IMG/VR virus record: IMGVR_UViG_3300003323_000257
Span: 1-64,000 of that record
Strand: one strand, 5' to 3'
Source: a virus
DNA: 64,000 nucleotides
The position numbers were made by a program, and so were the translations under genes. The notes under the pieces are model-generated. The model made no database searches. It was not told where the DNA came from and saw only the letters and a program-made list of their open reading frames with translations. Position 1 is the stretch's first letter. The number at the start of each line of letters is the position of its first letter. Below are positions 17,710 to 26,588 of this stretch, in pieces.

Positions 17710-18099
17710 TTATGATCGGCCCAAACGATCCTGGAGTTCACGCACCATTTTGGAGTGCATTACTAAAGAGCCGTTCACGTGATAAATAGGATATTCCAGT
17801 CCGAAGAATTCACGCATCCATTGATTGGTCTTTTCAACCAGTTCAGGATGTTGTAGGCGTTTAAAATCCTTGCTTGGATTCATGCGTTGGCGAACCGAAT
17901 AATTATCGACTACCACGCGTAGATTACCAACGTATCCAACTACCCGAGGTTCCATACTGTCGAATGAAGCACACTGGAAAGTAGGCATCTCGGTGCCGGC
18001 AAAAACCGGCTGTTCGACTTGAGAACCTATCACACGATTATTACGAATCTTTACTGATTCAAGAGCCTTTAGAACTTCCTCAAGGGTTAGCAGTTGCAT
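17710..18099 (-). CDS. hypothetical protein
   Basis: ORF in run. Confidence 0.7.
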   Translation of the reverse strand: MQLLTLEEVLKALESVKIRNNRVIGSQVEQPVFAGTEMPTFQCASFDSMEPRVVGYVGNLRVVVDNYSVRQRMNPSKDFKRLQHPELVEKTNQWMREFFGLEYPIYHVNGSLVMHSKMVRELQDRLGRS

Positions 18100-18114
18100 T
18101 ATCGCCTCTTTGGT

Positions 18115-18957
18115 TTACCATGATGCATCCTTCATCGCGTATTTAGCCAATCCATTTAACACGACATGATCTTTGCCAATTAGGAAAGTAATTTGGCCTG
18201 TGCGTCGTTCCATAACTGCTGGAACACCGAAAAACTCTTTTAATAATTCACAAGCCTCCGAATCCTTACTGGCGCGGACATAGGCTTGTACCAAGTCCTG
18301 CATCTTGAGGGCCGCATCAAATGCCTTCAACATTGATTGAGCAGAATGGTATTCAGCCTCAAGACGCGCAGATAGATCGGAAATAAGTTTGAACGCCTCC
18401 TCGCTAGTGTTGGCATTTTGAACATCTCGCCAGAGATTCTCTGCGTGAACGTGGACCTCGACTGGGTCTTGGCACAGCAATTGGTGTTTAGACTCGTTAA
18501 CCCTGAAGGTATGAAGACAGGTTAAATCTTTTGGGTTTTCAAACGAAAGGTCCGAATCACTACCATAGAAGGAGCTCAGCCAATATACGACTAATCCAGA
18601 TTGTTTGTAGGCCACAAAATCCAGGAGCATGACAGTCCGCCCTGTGTCGTTCTGTGATGGATATTCCAAACGAGGTTCACCTACATGCATCTTATATTTG
18701 AAATCTGGAGAAATGGACTCTGCAATCGAAAGAGCGGACACAAATTTTTCGGCCACCGAGTCAGGCGTGTCATCGTCCTTCAGATACAAACGTAAGGTCA
18801 TTACCTTCATATCGGCCACTGCGCTGGAGTAGCCTGGTTTCAGGAAGTCCAACTTCAGTTCTTCGGTATTAGGAGCTAATCGCGGTATGTTTGGCCACCG
18901 TTCAAGTAGAGCTTCATTGAACTCCGTGTTTATCGCATCAAGGATATTGATGATCAT
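18115..18957 (-). CDS. hypothetical protein
   Basis: 280 aa, RBS GGAGG. Confidence 0.75.
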   Translation of the reverse strand: MIINILDAINTEFNEALLERWPNIPRLAPNTEELKLDFLKPGYSSAVADMKVMTLRLYLKDDDTPDSVAEKFVSALSIAESISPDFKYKMHVGEPRLEYPSQNDTGRTVMLLDFVAYKQSGLVVYWLSSFYGSDSDLSFENPKDLTCLHTFRVNESKHQLLCQDPVEVHVHAENLWRDVQNANTSEEAFKLISDLSARLEAEYHSAQSMLKAFDAALKMQDLVQAYVRASKDSEACELLKEFFGVPAVMERRTGQITFLIGKDHVVLNGLAKYAMKDASW

Positions 18958-18971
18958 TTGGAGACCTCCAA

Positions 18972-19337
18972 TCAGTATGATTTGGACATAGCATCGCGAA
19001 TACCAGCCACGATCTTCTCGACCACGATTACCCTGTTTTCTTCAGCGAAGATTTTCTGAGCAGCTTCATTCACAAGGGCACTCATCTTCTCTGCGAAGTC
19101 GGAAGTAGACACAACCTCTTCAGCGAACTTACGAGCTTGTTGGAAAACAGCGGCCTCAAAGGCTTGTTCGATTGGACTAATGTGGCGAGCGTTGAAATGG
19201 CTACTTTCAGGCTTCTTGGTAACCAGGTGAGTCAACGCCGTACCAATCAGTGCGTCCTTGCCTTGCTGATCCATTGCCTGCACCAAGGCAGTACCGATAA
19301 GTTTTTGCAGTTGTTCGTCGTTAAACTTGAGTTCCAT
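18972..19337 (-). CDS. hypothetical protein
   Basis: RBS AGGA. Confidence 0.75.
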   Translation of the reverse strand: MELKFNDEQLQKLIGTALVQAMDQQGKDALIGTALTHLVTKKPESSHFNARHISPIEQAFEAAVFQQARKFAEEVVSTSDFAEKMSALVNEAAQKIFAEENRVIVVEKIVAGIRDAMSKSY

Positions 19338-19521
19338 TTTGGTTCCTATTTATAAATTGGTTGATGGTAATCTTTAGCAATTGTTTTTGATCTTCGGTCA
19401 ACGATAGATTGTTGTCGATGGCCACCATATCGACCCTCGTTTCGTAGATCAACCGCTTGGTAACAGGACGATCCACATACTTAACGTTCAAGCGTTCGAC
19501 TTCGGATTCGAATTCGTCCAT
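19321..19521 (-). CDS. hypothetical protein
   Basis: ORF in run. Confidence 0.6.
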   Translation of the reverse strand: MDEFESEVERLNVKYVDRPVTKRLIYETRVDMVAIDNNLSLTEDQKQLLKITINQFINRNQNGTQV

Positions 19522-19880
19522 GCCTTCTCCATTTTGTGGATTTCATCGTCAAGCTGGTTCACAACAATTAATCGATCGGTAGGAGTAAGTTGATCGTCAC
19601 GGATTGCTCCCATGCGCATCAACTTAAGTTGGGCCAGCAATGCGGTGCTGTCGATACTCATGGACAACACCATACGAATTGTTTCCTGCGTGTGTTCCAA
19701 GTACGATTTCTCATTCAGGTATCCAGCAAGTCGCTCTCCATATTTACGAGCCTCAGGATCATCATCGTTATGGAAATTCCCTGAGATGAACAGCTTGACT
19801 CCATTCGTGTTCTCAATGTAATAGGTGTGCAATGCCTGATTTGGATTTGAATGGAATTTCCAATCATTGGTGTCAAACAT
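19488..19880 (-). CDS. hypothetical protein
   Basis: RBS AAGGA before ATG 19880. Confidence 0.7.
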   Translation of the reverse strand: MFDTNDWKFHSNPNQALHTYYIENTNGVKLFISGNFHNDDDPEARKYGERLAGYLNEKSYLEHTQETIRMVLSMSIDSTALLAQLKLMRMGAIRDDQLTPTDRLIVVNQLDDEIHKMEKAWTNSNPKSNA

Positions 19881-19881
19881 T

Positions 19882-20454
19882 TTAGTCCTTTCTGTAGCTA
19901 ACCTTCTTGAGTGCTTGTGGATTGGCATGAAACCAACGAGGCTCTCTCCTGGATTCCAAATGCGTTTCGCCATCATAGGTCCAACACATGCAGTACTGAA
20001 TGGAGAATCCAAACTTGAATCGATCTGCCTTACCGATGTTCCACAGATTAGGTCCACGCCAAAACACTACTGCCTCATCCTCGGTATGAAACAGATCATG
20101 TTCGATTTGAGCCAGTCGATCAAACAATCCGTTGTCCAACTGCTGAGAGGACAGGTGAGAGTGTTCAATCAAATAGGACTGAGAACCGTTGGAATGTTCA
20201 ATCCTAGGATGGTCTCGGTTAGGCCAGTACACGAATTGAGTATTCTGCAGACGCTTCCAACGAGTACGATCCAATTCATGGAGAACCGCATTGATGTCCA
20301 TTGAATGGTTCTTTAATGCGTCCTCTGTCTGTTCAAGAAGTTTGGAAATCTCCTGTGCTGTTTCGGTCCAATCAATGAATCTATTGTCCACCAGTAGTTT
20401 GATCTTTCGGTAAGCCTCTGCCTGAATTGAATCGCGTTCGTTGTCGGATATCAT
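19882..20454 (-). CDS. hypothetical protein
   Basis: ATGA overlap. Confidence 0.7.
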   Translation of the reverse strand: MISDNERDSIQAEAYRKIKLLVDNRFIDWTETAQEISKLLEQTEDALKNHSMDINAVLHELDRTRWKRLQNTQFVYWPNRDHPRIEHSNGSQSYLIEHSHLSSQQLDNGLFDRLAQIEHDLFHTEDEAVVFWRGPNLWNIGKADRFKFGFSIQYCMCWTYDGETHLESRREPRWFHANPQALKKVSYRKD

Positions 20455-20957
20455 GACTTATATCTTTCAACCTCGGTAAGCTCAAGACATTTAAGGATCA
20501 AGGGATCGATGTATCCTGAGGAGTTTATTAAGGTGTTACCTACAAAGTTGATCGTTTTGCTGCCTACAAGGCCTAGCGCACCTGCCGCTGTATTGCCATT
20601 ACCTACTATGTACGTGACTTGATCATCGGCGACCAGTTCTCGAATAACCTTCACACAATTAATGAGCACTGAAATAAAAGGTTGTGGGCTAAGAAACTCG
20701 GGTATAACCTGTGGCTCTCGAATCATCGGATAACTGGAAGTTGGAAAGAGTGCAGGGCTATCGGGAGGTTTACCTAATCTAGTTAGGTGTTCGTCGAGGA
20801 GATCGCGCATCATCGTAATTTGTTTGATTACGTCTTGCTTGGTTTCCTCCTCTGTATTCCCAGCGCCCTCAACAGTATAGTAATGAGTCGAAGAAGGGTT
20901 CAACACGAATTGGCCACGGTAAAGAGGCCATCCGTCAACTTTTCTGTATTTGATCAT
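20451..20957 (-). CDS. hypothetical protein
   Basis: RBS GAGG. Confidence 0.7.
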   Translation of the reverse strand: MIKYRKVDGWPLYRGQFVLNPSSTHYYTVEGAGNTEEETKQDVIKQITMMRDLLDEHLTRLGKPPDSPALFPTSSYPMIREPQVIPEFLSPQPFISVLINCVKVIRELVADDQVTYIVGNGNTAAGALGLVGSKTINFVGNTLINSSGYIDPLILKCLELTEVERYKS

Positions 20958-20985
20958 TCAATAGTTCCTCATTCGGCTCTGGCAA

Positions 20986-21351
20986 TCACTTTGCTTTAAT
21001 GAGTTCTTCCACTTGTCGAATAAGGTCTTCACGAGTCATTGAACGATCTCGTTTGATTTTCACACCAAATTCCCTGTCGACCTCGTTAAACAACACGAAT
21101 TGATGATCGCTGAATGGCCGCCAACACGTGTGCTGTCTAACTCGCTTGTCTATTAAAGCCATGCGATTAACAACAGATTCGGAGATGATATCGCGGTCGC
21201 GTTGATCAATCTTTACGGCCAGCATTTCCATCTGTTCAATAGCCACACGACCAACAGCCTCGGCACCCAGCTTCTTTTCAACAGCAGCCATAATAGGCTG
21301 GGTATAAATCACCGTCAGATTCTTAACCTCATCGTCTGATATGAGCATCAT
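20986..21351 (-). CDS. hypothetical protein
   Basis: ATGA overlap. Confidence 0.7.
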   Translation of the reverse strand: MMLISDDEVKNLTVIYTQPIMAAVEKKLGAEAVGRVAIEQMEMLAVKIDQRDRDIISESVVNRMALIDKRVRQHTCWRPFSDHQFVLFNEVDREFGVKIKRDRSMTREDLIRQVEELIKAK

Positions 21352-21539
21352 TTTGTGGCCTCGTCTGCAACAATAATTTGTTGGTCACATACAGGACACT
21401 TGATGAAGTAGTGTACTTGATTGCGGTGCATTTCCTTACGGGCCTCAATTGGAAGGAATTCCACTTCGGTGTGACAGTAGGTGCAAGTCCCTTGAATAGG
21501 ATTCTGATCAGGTGGCGTGCCGCGTTTAATGATCTTCAT
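21348..21539 (-). CDS. small Zn-ribbon protein
   Basis: CTYC...CPVC. Confidence 0.7.
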   Translation of the reverse strand: MKIIKRGTPPDQNPIQGTCTYCHTEVEFLPIEARKEMHRNQVHYFIKCPVCDQQIIVADEATK

Positions 21540-21907
21540 GGATTGTACTCCGGCACGTGATGTTTCATGTAAAGTTGAAAGAACGGAAGCTTCAAGGAAT
21601 TCTTCCAGTCCAAGGTATAGTTGATATTTACGTCCTTGGTAGGTTGAAATTCCAGGTAGTCAAAGAGTTCGCACAGCAGTTCGGTCGGATCATCACGATT
21701 GACTACGAAAGAAGAAGGTAGAGCATTCCACAACTCATTGAACTTTTCTTCAGCGGACTTAATTGAGGCTTCCAATTTGTCACGTCGTTTGTGGTAGGCG
21801 TCCATAACCTCAACACATCGCTCGGCCAACCTACCTTCAGTTGTGTCTGAACATATAACATCGAGGTCTCTGAATGCTGCTAAACGCAGGGCGTCAAAAT
21901 GATTCAT
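21536..21907 (-). CDS. hypothetical protein
   Basis: ATGA overlaps. Confidence 0.7.
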   Translation of the reverse strand: MNHFDALRLAAFRDLDVICSDTTEGRLAERCVEVMDAYHKRRDKLEASIKSAEEKFNELWNALPSSFVVNRDDPTELLCELFDYLEFQPTKDVNINYTLDWKNSLKLPFFQLYMKHHVPEYNP

Positions 21908-22344
21908 TTTAGTGCCTCCCTAATTTTGGCCAATACACCGTCTTGATTTGGATCGTTGATAAACTTACGGATTTTATTTAAGGTCTCTGAATCTTTACGC
22001 AGAACCTCCAGAGACATTGCATTGACTTGATAGTCAGCTTTTGGCAGTTTGAAGCCAACAACGTCGGATTCAACGTAGGCTACAGGTGAATCCACACTGG
22101 CGACTGTTTCAAATTTCTTGAAGACCTGGGCCAGCTTCGCCTTCTGTTCCTCAGTAATCTTTGGCATTGGGAATCCTACACAAGCATGAAGGCCTGAAGC
22201 TCCGCACACACCACACTTGGCGGCCAATCCAGTGTTGGCTTCACTTAAGGTTTTCACCGATGCCCATTGAGGACACTTGTCACACCAATTGCTTGGATTC
22301 GATCCGCACTCAATGTCCTTCTCATCACATACATAAACTGTCAT
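21904..22344 (-). CDS. Cys-rich hypothetical protein
   Basis: Multiple CxxC; RBS AAGGA. Confidence 0.7.
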   Translation of the reverse strand: MTVYVCDEKDIECGSNPSNWCDKCPQWASVKTLSEANTGLAAKCGVCGASGLHACVGFPMPKITEEQKAKLAQVFKKFETVASVDSPVAYVESDVVGFKLPKADYQVNAMSLEVLRKDSETLNKIRKFINDPNQDGVLAKIREALK

Positions 22345-22354
22345 GTCAGTTCCT

Positions 22355-22657
22355 TTATTGTGCAGTCTCTTTAAGAGTAGAAGTCAAGCCTTTGCTACCG
22401 AGGTATAGGTTGATCTGAAGTTTGAGCATCTTTTCAAAGTCTGGAGTGTCCACCCAATCGTGAACCTTCTCGGTAAGGTCGTGCACAATAGCGCGTGCCA
22501 CACGCTCTTTGCTTTGGAGCATAACACCTTTGATTCTTTCCTTAAGTTCGTCAGTAATCGGAAACACATGACCGTCCTTGAGGAGTTCATTGGCGTAGTC
22601 CTTCAGCATGTTATCGGTGATGAAGGAGCCTACGGTTAAAGTTGGATGAAAAACCAT
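22355..22657 (-). CDS. hypothetical protein
   Basis: RBS AAGGA. Confidence 0.7.
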   Translation of the reverse strand: MVFHPTLTVGSFITDNMLKDYANELLKDGHVFPITDELKERIKGVMLQSKERVARAIVHDLTEKVHDWVDTPDFEKMLKLQINLYLGSKGLTSTLKETAQ

Positions 22658-22669
22658 TTAAGTTCCTTT

Positions 22670-23008
22670 TCAGGGTTTCATATAAGGTTGGACATCAGAT
22701 TCAACTCCAGCGAGAGCTTCAATATCTCTGAGTGGCATTCCTGACCATACGTGTAGCTTGATCAACCAAATGTTAGGCATCTCACGAATGTCGTGCTTGA
22801 CCTTGGAGACATGAGATTTGGTAATACCTAAGGAGGCTTCCATTTCTTTTGGAAGCAGTCCACCTCGTATGCCCCTTCCTACAGCTCTATCGGTATAGCC
22901 AGCGTACAGTTTGCATTCGCTGATTAACGCCTCAATAGCGGTATCGTATTCACGGGTACGTCCGTCCTTGTGAACGACAACGTAATGCTCATTGTGGACG
23001 ACCTGCAT
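22670..23008 (-). CDS. HTH DNA-binding protein, paralog 1 of tandem triplet
   Basis: LGITKSHVSKVKH...WLIKLHVWSGMPLRDIEALAG. Confidence 0.7.
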   Translation of the reverse strand: MQVVHNEHYVVVHKDGRTREYDTAIEALISECKLYAGYTDRAVGRGIRGGLLPKEMEASLGITKSHVSKVKHDIREMPNIWLIKLHVWSGMPLRDIEALAGVESDVQPYMKP

Positions 23009-23363
23009 TTAGCCTCCAGTGTGGTTGAATTTCGGATTCAATGCCGGCTAAGGCTTCGAGGTCTTTCAAAGGCAACCCTGACCAGATGTGCAGCTTGATA
23101 AGCCAGTGATTGGGCATTTTCTCCTTACCGTTTTTGACCCGTGACACACTGGACAATGGAATCTGTGTCTCGATCTGCATTTGTTTCGGCAGTAAACCTC
23201 CGCCTGGATGTTTGTTCTTCGCATCCACTGAAACAAATTTGGCCGCCAGCTTGCATTCGCTGATTAAGGCTTCCACTGCTGTAGGGTATTCGCGGGCCTC
23301 ATTGTTAACCCTAACAACTACTCGACCTTTTCGAACACCTTCGGTTATGTGTTGGACTTCCAT
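22989..23363 (-). CDS. HTH DNA-binding protein, paralog 2
   Basis: TQIPLSSVSRVKNG...WLIKLHIWSGLPLKDLEALAG. Confidence 0.7.
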   Translation of the reverse strand: MEVQHITEGVRKGRVVVRVNNEAREYPTAVEALISECKLAAKFVSVDAKNKHPGGGLLPKQMQIETQIPLSSVSRVKNGKEKMPNHWLIKLHIWSGLPLKDLEALAGIESEIQPHWRLNAGRPQ

Positions 23364-23364
23364 T

Positions 23365-23685
23365 TTAAAGACTCCTATGAGGTTGGACATCAGAAACAGT
23401 GCCCGCTAGTTGTTCAATATCTTGAAGAGGCATACCGGACCACACGTGAAGCCTTAACAACCAGTCCTGTGGAATTTTAATCCTGCCTCGTTTGATTCGT
23501 GCTACCTGTTCAGCGTTAATTTTCGCAGCCACAGCCATTGTTAGCGGAACCGTTCCCCGGTGCTTCACCTTGTAGTTAAGGAACAGTTGAATCTCTTCCA
23601 AGAGGGCTTCGATATGAGTCTGATACTCACGGTAGGCCGTTCCAACGTAGACTCGCACTTTACGGTCAACGACTTTAACTTCCAT
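23365..23685 (-). CDS. HTH DNA-binding protein, paralog 3
   Basis: AKINAEQVARIKRG...WLLRLHVWSGMPLQDIEQLAG. Confidence 0.7.
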   Translation of the reverse strand: MEVKVVDRKVRVYVGTAYREYQTHIEALLEEIQLFLNYKVKHRGTVPLTMAVAAKINAEQVARIKRGRIKIPQDWLLRLHVWSGMPLQDIEQLAGTVSDVQPHRSL

Positions 23686-23724
23686 TTCTATCCTTATTTG
23701 TATGAGTCATAAACGATTTCGTTC

Positions 23725-23733
23725 TATTTACTC
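23725..23733 (-). promoter_or_regulatory. putative late promoter variant GAGTAAATA
   Basis: Upstream of HTH triplet. Confidence 0.5.
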
Positions 23734-23821
23734 TGCGTAGGATGACGTGTCGTCGACAATAAAATCTACGCAGCTTCAGACTGCGTAACATGACGTGATG
23801 TTGACAAGTAATCCTACGCAA
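23733..23821. repeat. two imperfect 41-bp direct repeats, each with inverted ends (tgcgta...tacgca), period 48 bp
   Basis: 23733-23773 ctgcgtaggatgacgtgtcgtcgacaataaaatctacgcag; 23781-23821 ctgcgtaacatgacgtgatgttgacaagtaatcctacgcaa. Confidence 0.8.
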
Positions 23822-24704
23822 CACCTGAGTGCTTTTGAGGCCGGGCAAATCCCTGTTCATTCAAAAGAATAAAATGATAGAGTCGTTCAAATCTCCAAAT
23901 TGCAGAATTATGTTTTCCCATAGACTTGGTTATTTTAGGGCGCTTATCTCGATGACCTAAGAACCATAATCTAAGTTTTTCGTCTGTCTTATTAAGTTTA
24001 GAACTTACCTGACCATGAACAAAATAACGATGCATGTAGGAGCAAAAGTCTTCAACTGACTTACAGGTAGCCAATTGAATAATGCGATCTATCTTATACT
24101 CTCCAAATGCGTAGTAGTTCAGGTAATTGGCAATACGCGAGTATGCATCAAGACTTGGATCATCACTTGGCATAGGAGCGTCGTGATTTAAGTTTTGCGT
24201 TTCATACCGAGATGCTTTTATGTTCTCATCGTCTTCGTCAATCACAGTCTGCAGGTCGTACCAACCTTTGATTTTAGAAGGCACAAAATTCCATCTTCGT
24301 ATTAGGTAGCGTAAGGTTTCTTCATAATCAAACGAGTCGCCTTCTTCCGCCTCTATACTTCTGTATTCAGCCCAGAATTCAGCTTCTTCAGTCTTTCGCG
24401 TATTGTCGCGCACTTGGCCTGATTTCTCTATCCTAAGATTACAGAATTGAGGCAGTTTAACCGTGCTCGTTTTGTTGAGGACTGTAGTTCGGTGTTGGTT
24501 GATCAGAATAGCTTCTACCAGATATGCTGCACGACGTTTGAGCTTTCGGGCAACAATAGAAATAGCTATACTGTCATAGTCCTGAACCCTTACATAGTTA
24601 TGACCTGCTATGTTTTTAGCTCTTAGAAACTTCTCTCCGTCTTCTGATCCTATTCCTACATACACCACCCTATCATTTACAGTATAGGTATAAACGTAAT
24701 TCAT
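23814..24704 (-). CDS. GIY-YIG-like nuclease domain protein
   Basis: N-terminal YVYTYTVNDRVVYVGIGS...R...E.ILI...LN pattern. Confidence 0.55.
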   Translation of the reverse strand: MNYVYTYTVNDRVVYVGIGSEDGEKFLRAKNIAGHNYVRVQDYDSIAISIVARKLKRRAAYLVEAILINQHRTTVLNKTSTVKLPQFCNLRIEKSGQVRDNTRKTEEAEFWAEYRSIEAEEGDSFDYEETLRYLIRRWNFVPSKIKGWYDLQTVIDEDDENIKASRYETQNLNHDAPMPSDDPSLDAYSRIANYLNYYAFGEYKIDRIIQLATCKSVEDFCSYMHRYFVHGQVSSKLNKTDEKLRLWFLGHRDKRPKITKSMGKHNSAIWRFERLYHFILLNEQGFARPQKHSGVA

Positions 24705-25894
24705 ACCAACCCCATGTCCAGCTCCATCTTATATGGGTGCGGATTCAAATTCAATTTGGTGTCCAGTGCCCTGGAGTCCCACAGCTTGGCAAACTCTTGG
24801 TCATCCAGCTCTTTCAATGTCCGCGCCCGCATTAAAGCCATGTAGACTCTGCGGGTCACCAACTTGTTTGCTTCCCTTTCCTTCCCGTCCTTACCAAGAG
24901 TTTTGAACTCCGGTAATTCACCCGCCATCACTTTCTTGTAATCGAACGACCACATATGGAGCATGAGAGTTCGGTGCAACGCCCAGTCAAACTCAACCTT
25001 TAGCCATGCATGCCATTTACCATCATAGTTCTTCTCTACGTAGTCCCGAAGGTCCGCCAAAGTTTGAATCTTTCGCCCATCTATTCTGTGTGATCTAAAC
25101 CACCCGTAGTTCAAATTCAGATCAAATCGAATTCGGTTCTTAATATCTTTCGGCACTTCCAGCAGAGATTCCCCGGCTACCGCCCTACGTTCATTGGCAT
25201 CTAGGAGCTGCTGCTCTTTATCATATGCTTGGAACATTGCCTGTTCTTCTCCAGAGGCACTCAATATCCTCAGGCATACACTTGACTTATGCGTCTTATG
25301 TTTCCTTCGCATCTCTAGGTCCAACATATCTAGAAGAGTCTCTGTTTGATTGATGCCATTCTCGTCTTTCTCTACAGAGTGCCCAATTCTATACGCCGTG
25401 GCCATGTCAAGTAATAGCTGCTTCTTGTTCTTTATCTTGTTGGTGTACGTCGCAAACTCCAGGGTATGCAGGTATATATTCAATGCGCGTATCTGGTCTT
25501 TTATTCGACTTGGAATCTCCAACTTACATGAGGTCTCTATCTGCTTTATTGCGCGTATAAACGAGGCCACGATTAATCTGTCTGCTTCAGGGAAACCGTA
25601 TGTATTCTCACCTGTTAGGAACGCCACTGGATTACCACGAATATTCAGGAAGTATATGTTATCTTTCCGGTGATCTCTTGTTAGAGAAACCTCTAGTCCT
25701 GATTCTTCGTTTAACCCGTATACGTTCACATACATCTTATCTCCATCTTGTATTCCTCCTGCTTTTAGTAGAACTCTACGTACTATAGCTGCCTCGGAAT
25801 CTCTTATCTCCACTGAACCATTTAACTTAGATCCTCCCAATAATCCATCCAGCGTTACCTTACGTTTTTTCAGTTTCTTCTGTGGGGTCTTCAT
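24701..25894 (-). CDS. phage/plasmid replication protein gpII/X (Phage_CRI/Rep_trans)-like protein
   Basis: IRGNPVAFLTGENTYG resembles GNPxKFLQGHNxFG; AYDKE and RIRFDLNL resemble YxK and LRxELxL catalytic-region motifs. Confidence 0.5.
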   Translation of the reverse strand: MKTPQKKLKKRKVTLDGLLGGSKLNGSVEIRDSEAAIVRRVLLKAGGIQDGDKMYVNVYGLNEESGLEVSLTRDHRKDNIYFLNIRGNPVAFLTGENTYGFPEADRLIVASFIRAIKQIETSCKLEIPSRIKDQIRALNIYLHTLEFATYTNKIKNKKQLLLDMATAYRIGHSVEKDENGINQTETLLDMLDLEMRRKHKTHKSSVCLRILSASGEEQAMFQAYDKEQQLLDANERRAVAGESLLEVPKDIKNRIRFDLNLNYGWFRSHRIDGRKIQTLADLRDYVEKNYDGKWHAWLKVEFDWALHRTLMLHMWSFDYKKVMAGELPEFKTLGKDGKEREANKLVTRRVYMALMRARTLKELDDQEFAKLWDSRALDTKLNLNPHPYKMELDMGLV

Positions 25895-25939
25895 TTTCTA
25901 TTGATTTTCTCCATTGAATGGTGATGTTACGTAAAAAAC

Positions 25940-25973
25940 TACGTGACAGCTATGCTCATAATATACGTGACAG
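25940..25973. repeat. direct repeat tacgtgacag x2 between promoter and Rep-like start
   Basis: Read directly (25940-25949, 25964-25973). Confidence 0.7.
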
Positions 25974-25974
25974 T

Positions 25975-25983
25975 TATTTACTA
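25975..25983 (-). promoter_or_regulatory. putative late promoter TAGTAAATA (leftward)
   Basis: Divergent partner at 26057-26065. Confidence 0.6.
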
Positions 25984-26056
25984 GTGATCGCATAGCTCGT
26001 TTGTCATACATCATCTAGCAATCTATCATCTAGTCATTCGTTTGTTACGCCTAGAC

Positions 26057-26065
26057 TAGTAAATA
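26057..26065 (+). promoter_or_regulatory. putative late promoter TAGTAAATA (rightward)
   Basis: Followed by RBS AAGGAG and ATG 26089. Confidence 0.6.
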
Positions 26066-26088
26066 CAGTACGAAAAGGAGACCCAGGG

Positions 26089-26247
26089 ATGAACAACGTA
26101 ATCGACCTGAAAGAATACAGAGAACGTAAGCGCCTACAGAACGTAGCGGCTAAATCCACAAAGTGGAAAAGTTACTACTGGGTGAGCCTTACATTTCCTA
26201 AGACTACCATAAAGAAGGATACGCATGCAGATACAACCAATAAATAA
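26089..26247 (+). CDS. small basic protein (52 aa, not in ORF track)
   Basis: MNNVIDLKEYRERKR...; RBS AAGGAG. Confidence 0.65.
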   Translation: MNNVIDLKEYRERKRLQNVAAKSTKWKSYYWVSLTFPKTTIKKDTHADTTNK

Positions 26248-26578
26248 ACGCATCACTCTTGAGTCCATGAGAACCAGCAAGGCCTTGGTCTGGCCATCGA
26301 ACATCACGTGGATGGCAGGTGATAAACCTCTGCCTAACCCGGAGAATGTCGAGTTCTTCCGCGTGCATACCTCGTGGGATGGATACACATCGGTGATTGC
26401 GATGCCTAAGCCAACCTCTGGAGGCCTTCGTAGGAATAAACCTCGTATGTGGTGGTGCACCACGGATCGTCTCTGGAAATGTCAACGAGGTTTTATACAA
26501 GGGAGAGGCACCACTCAGTCCTACGCCTATCATGACTGCGTAGTACAGACCACCAAGAGGAACCTATGGCACTGGTAA
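26225..26578 (+). CDS. hypothetical protein (KPR..W.C..G.G family)
   Basis: KPRMWWC...WKC..GFIQGRGTTQSYAY. Confidence 0.6.
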   Translation: MQIQPINKRITLESMRTSKALVWPSNITWMAGDKPLPNPENVEFFRVHTSWDGYTSVIAMPKPTSGGLRRNKPRMWWCTTDRLWKCQRGFIQGRGTTQSYAYHDCVVQTTKRNLWHW

Positions 26579-26588
26579 GGAGACTAAC

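Noticed and set aside
23801-23806. Perfect TTGACA -35 on plus strand
   Set aside because: No -10 at the proper spacing and no plus-strand gene downstream; part of the 41-bp repeat.
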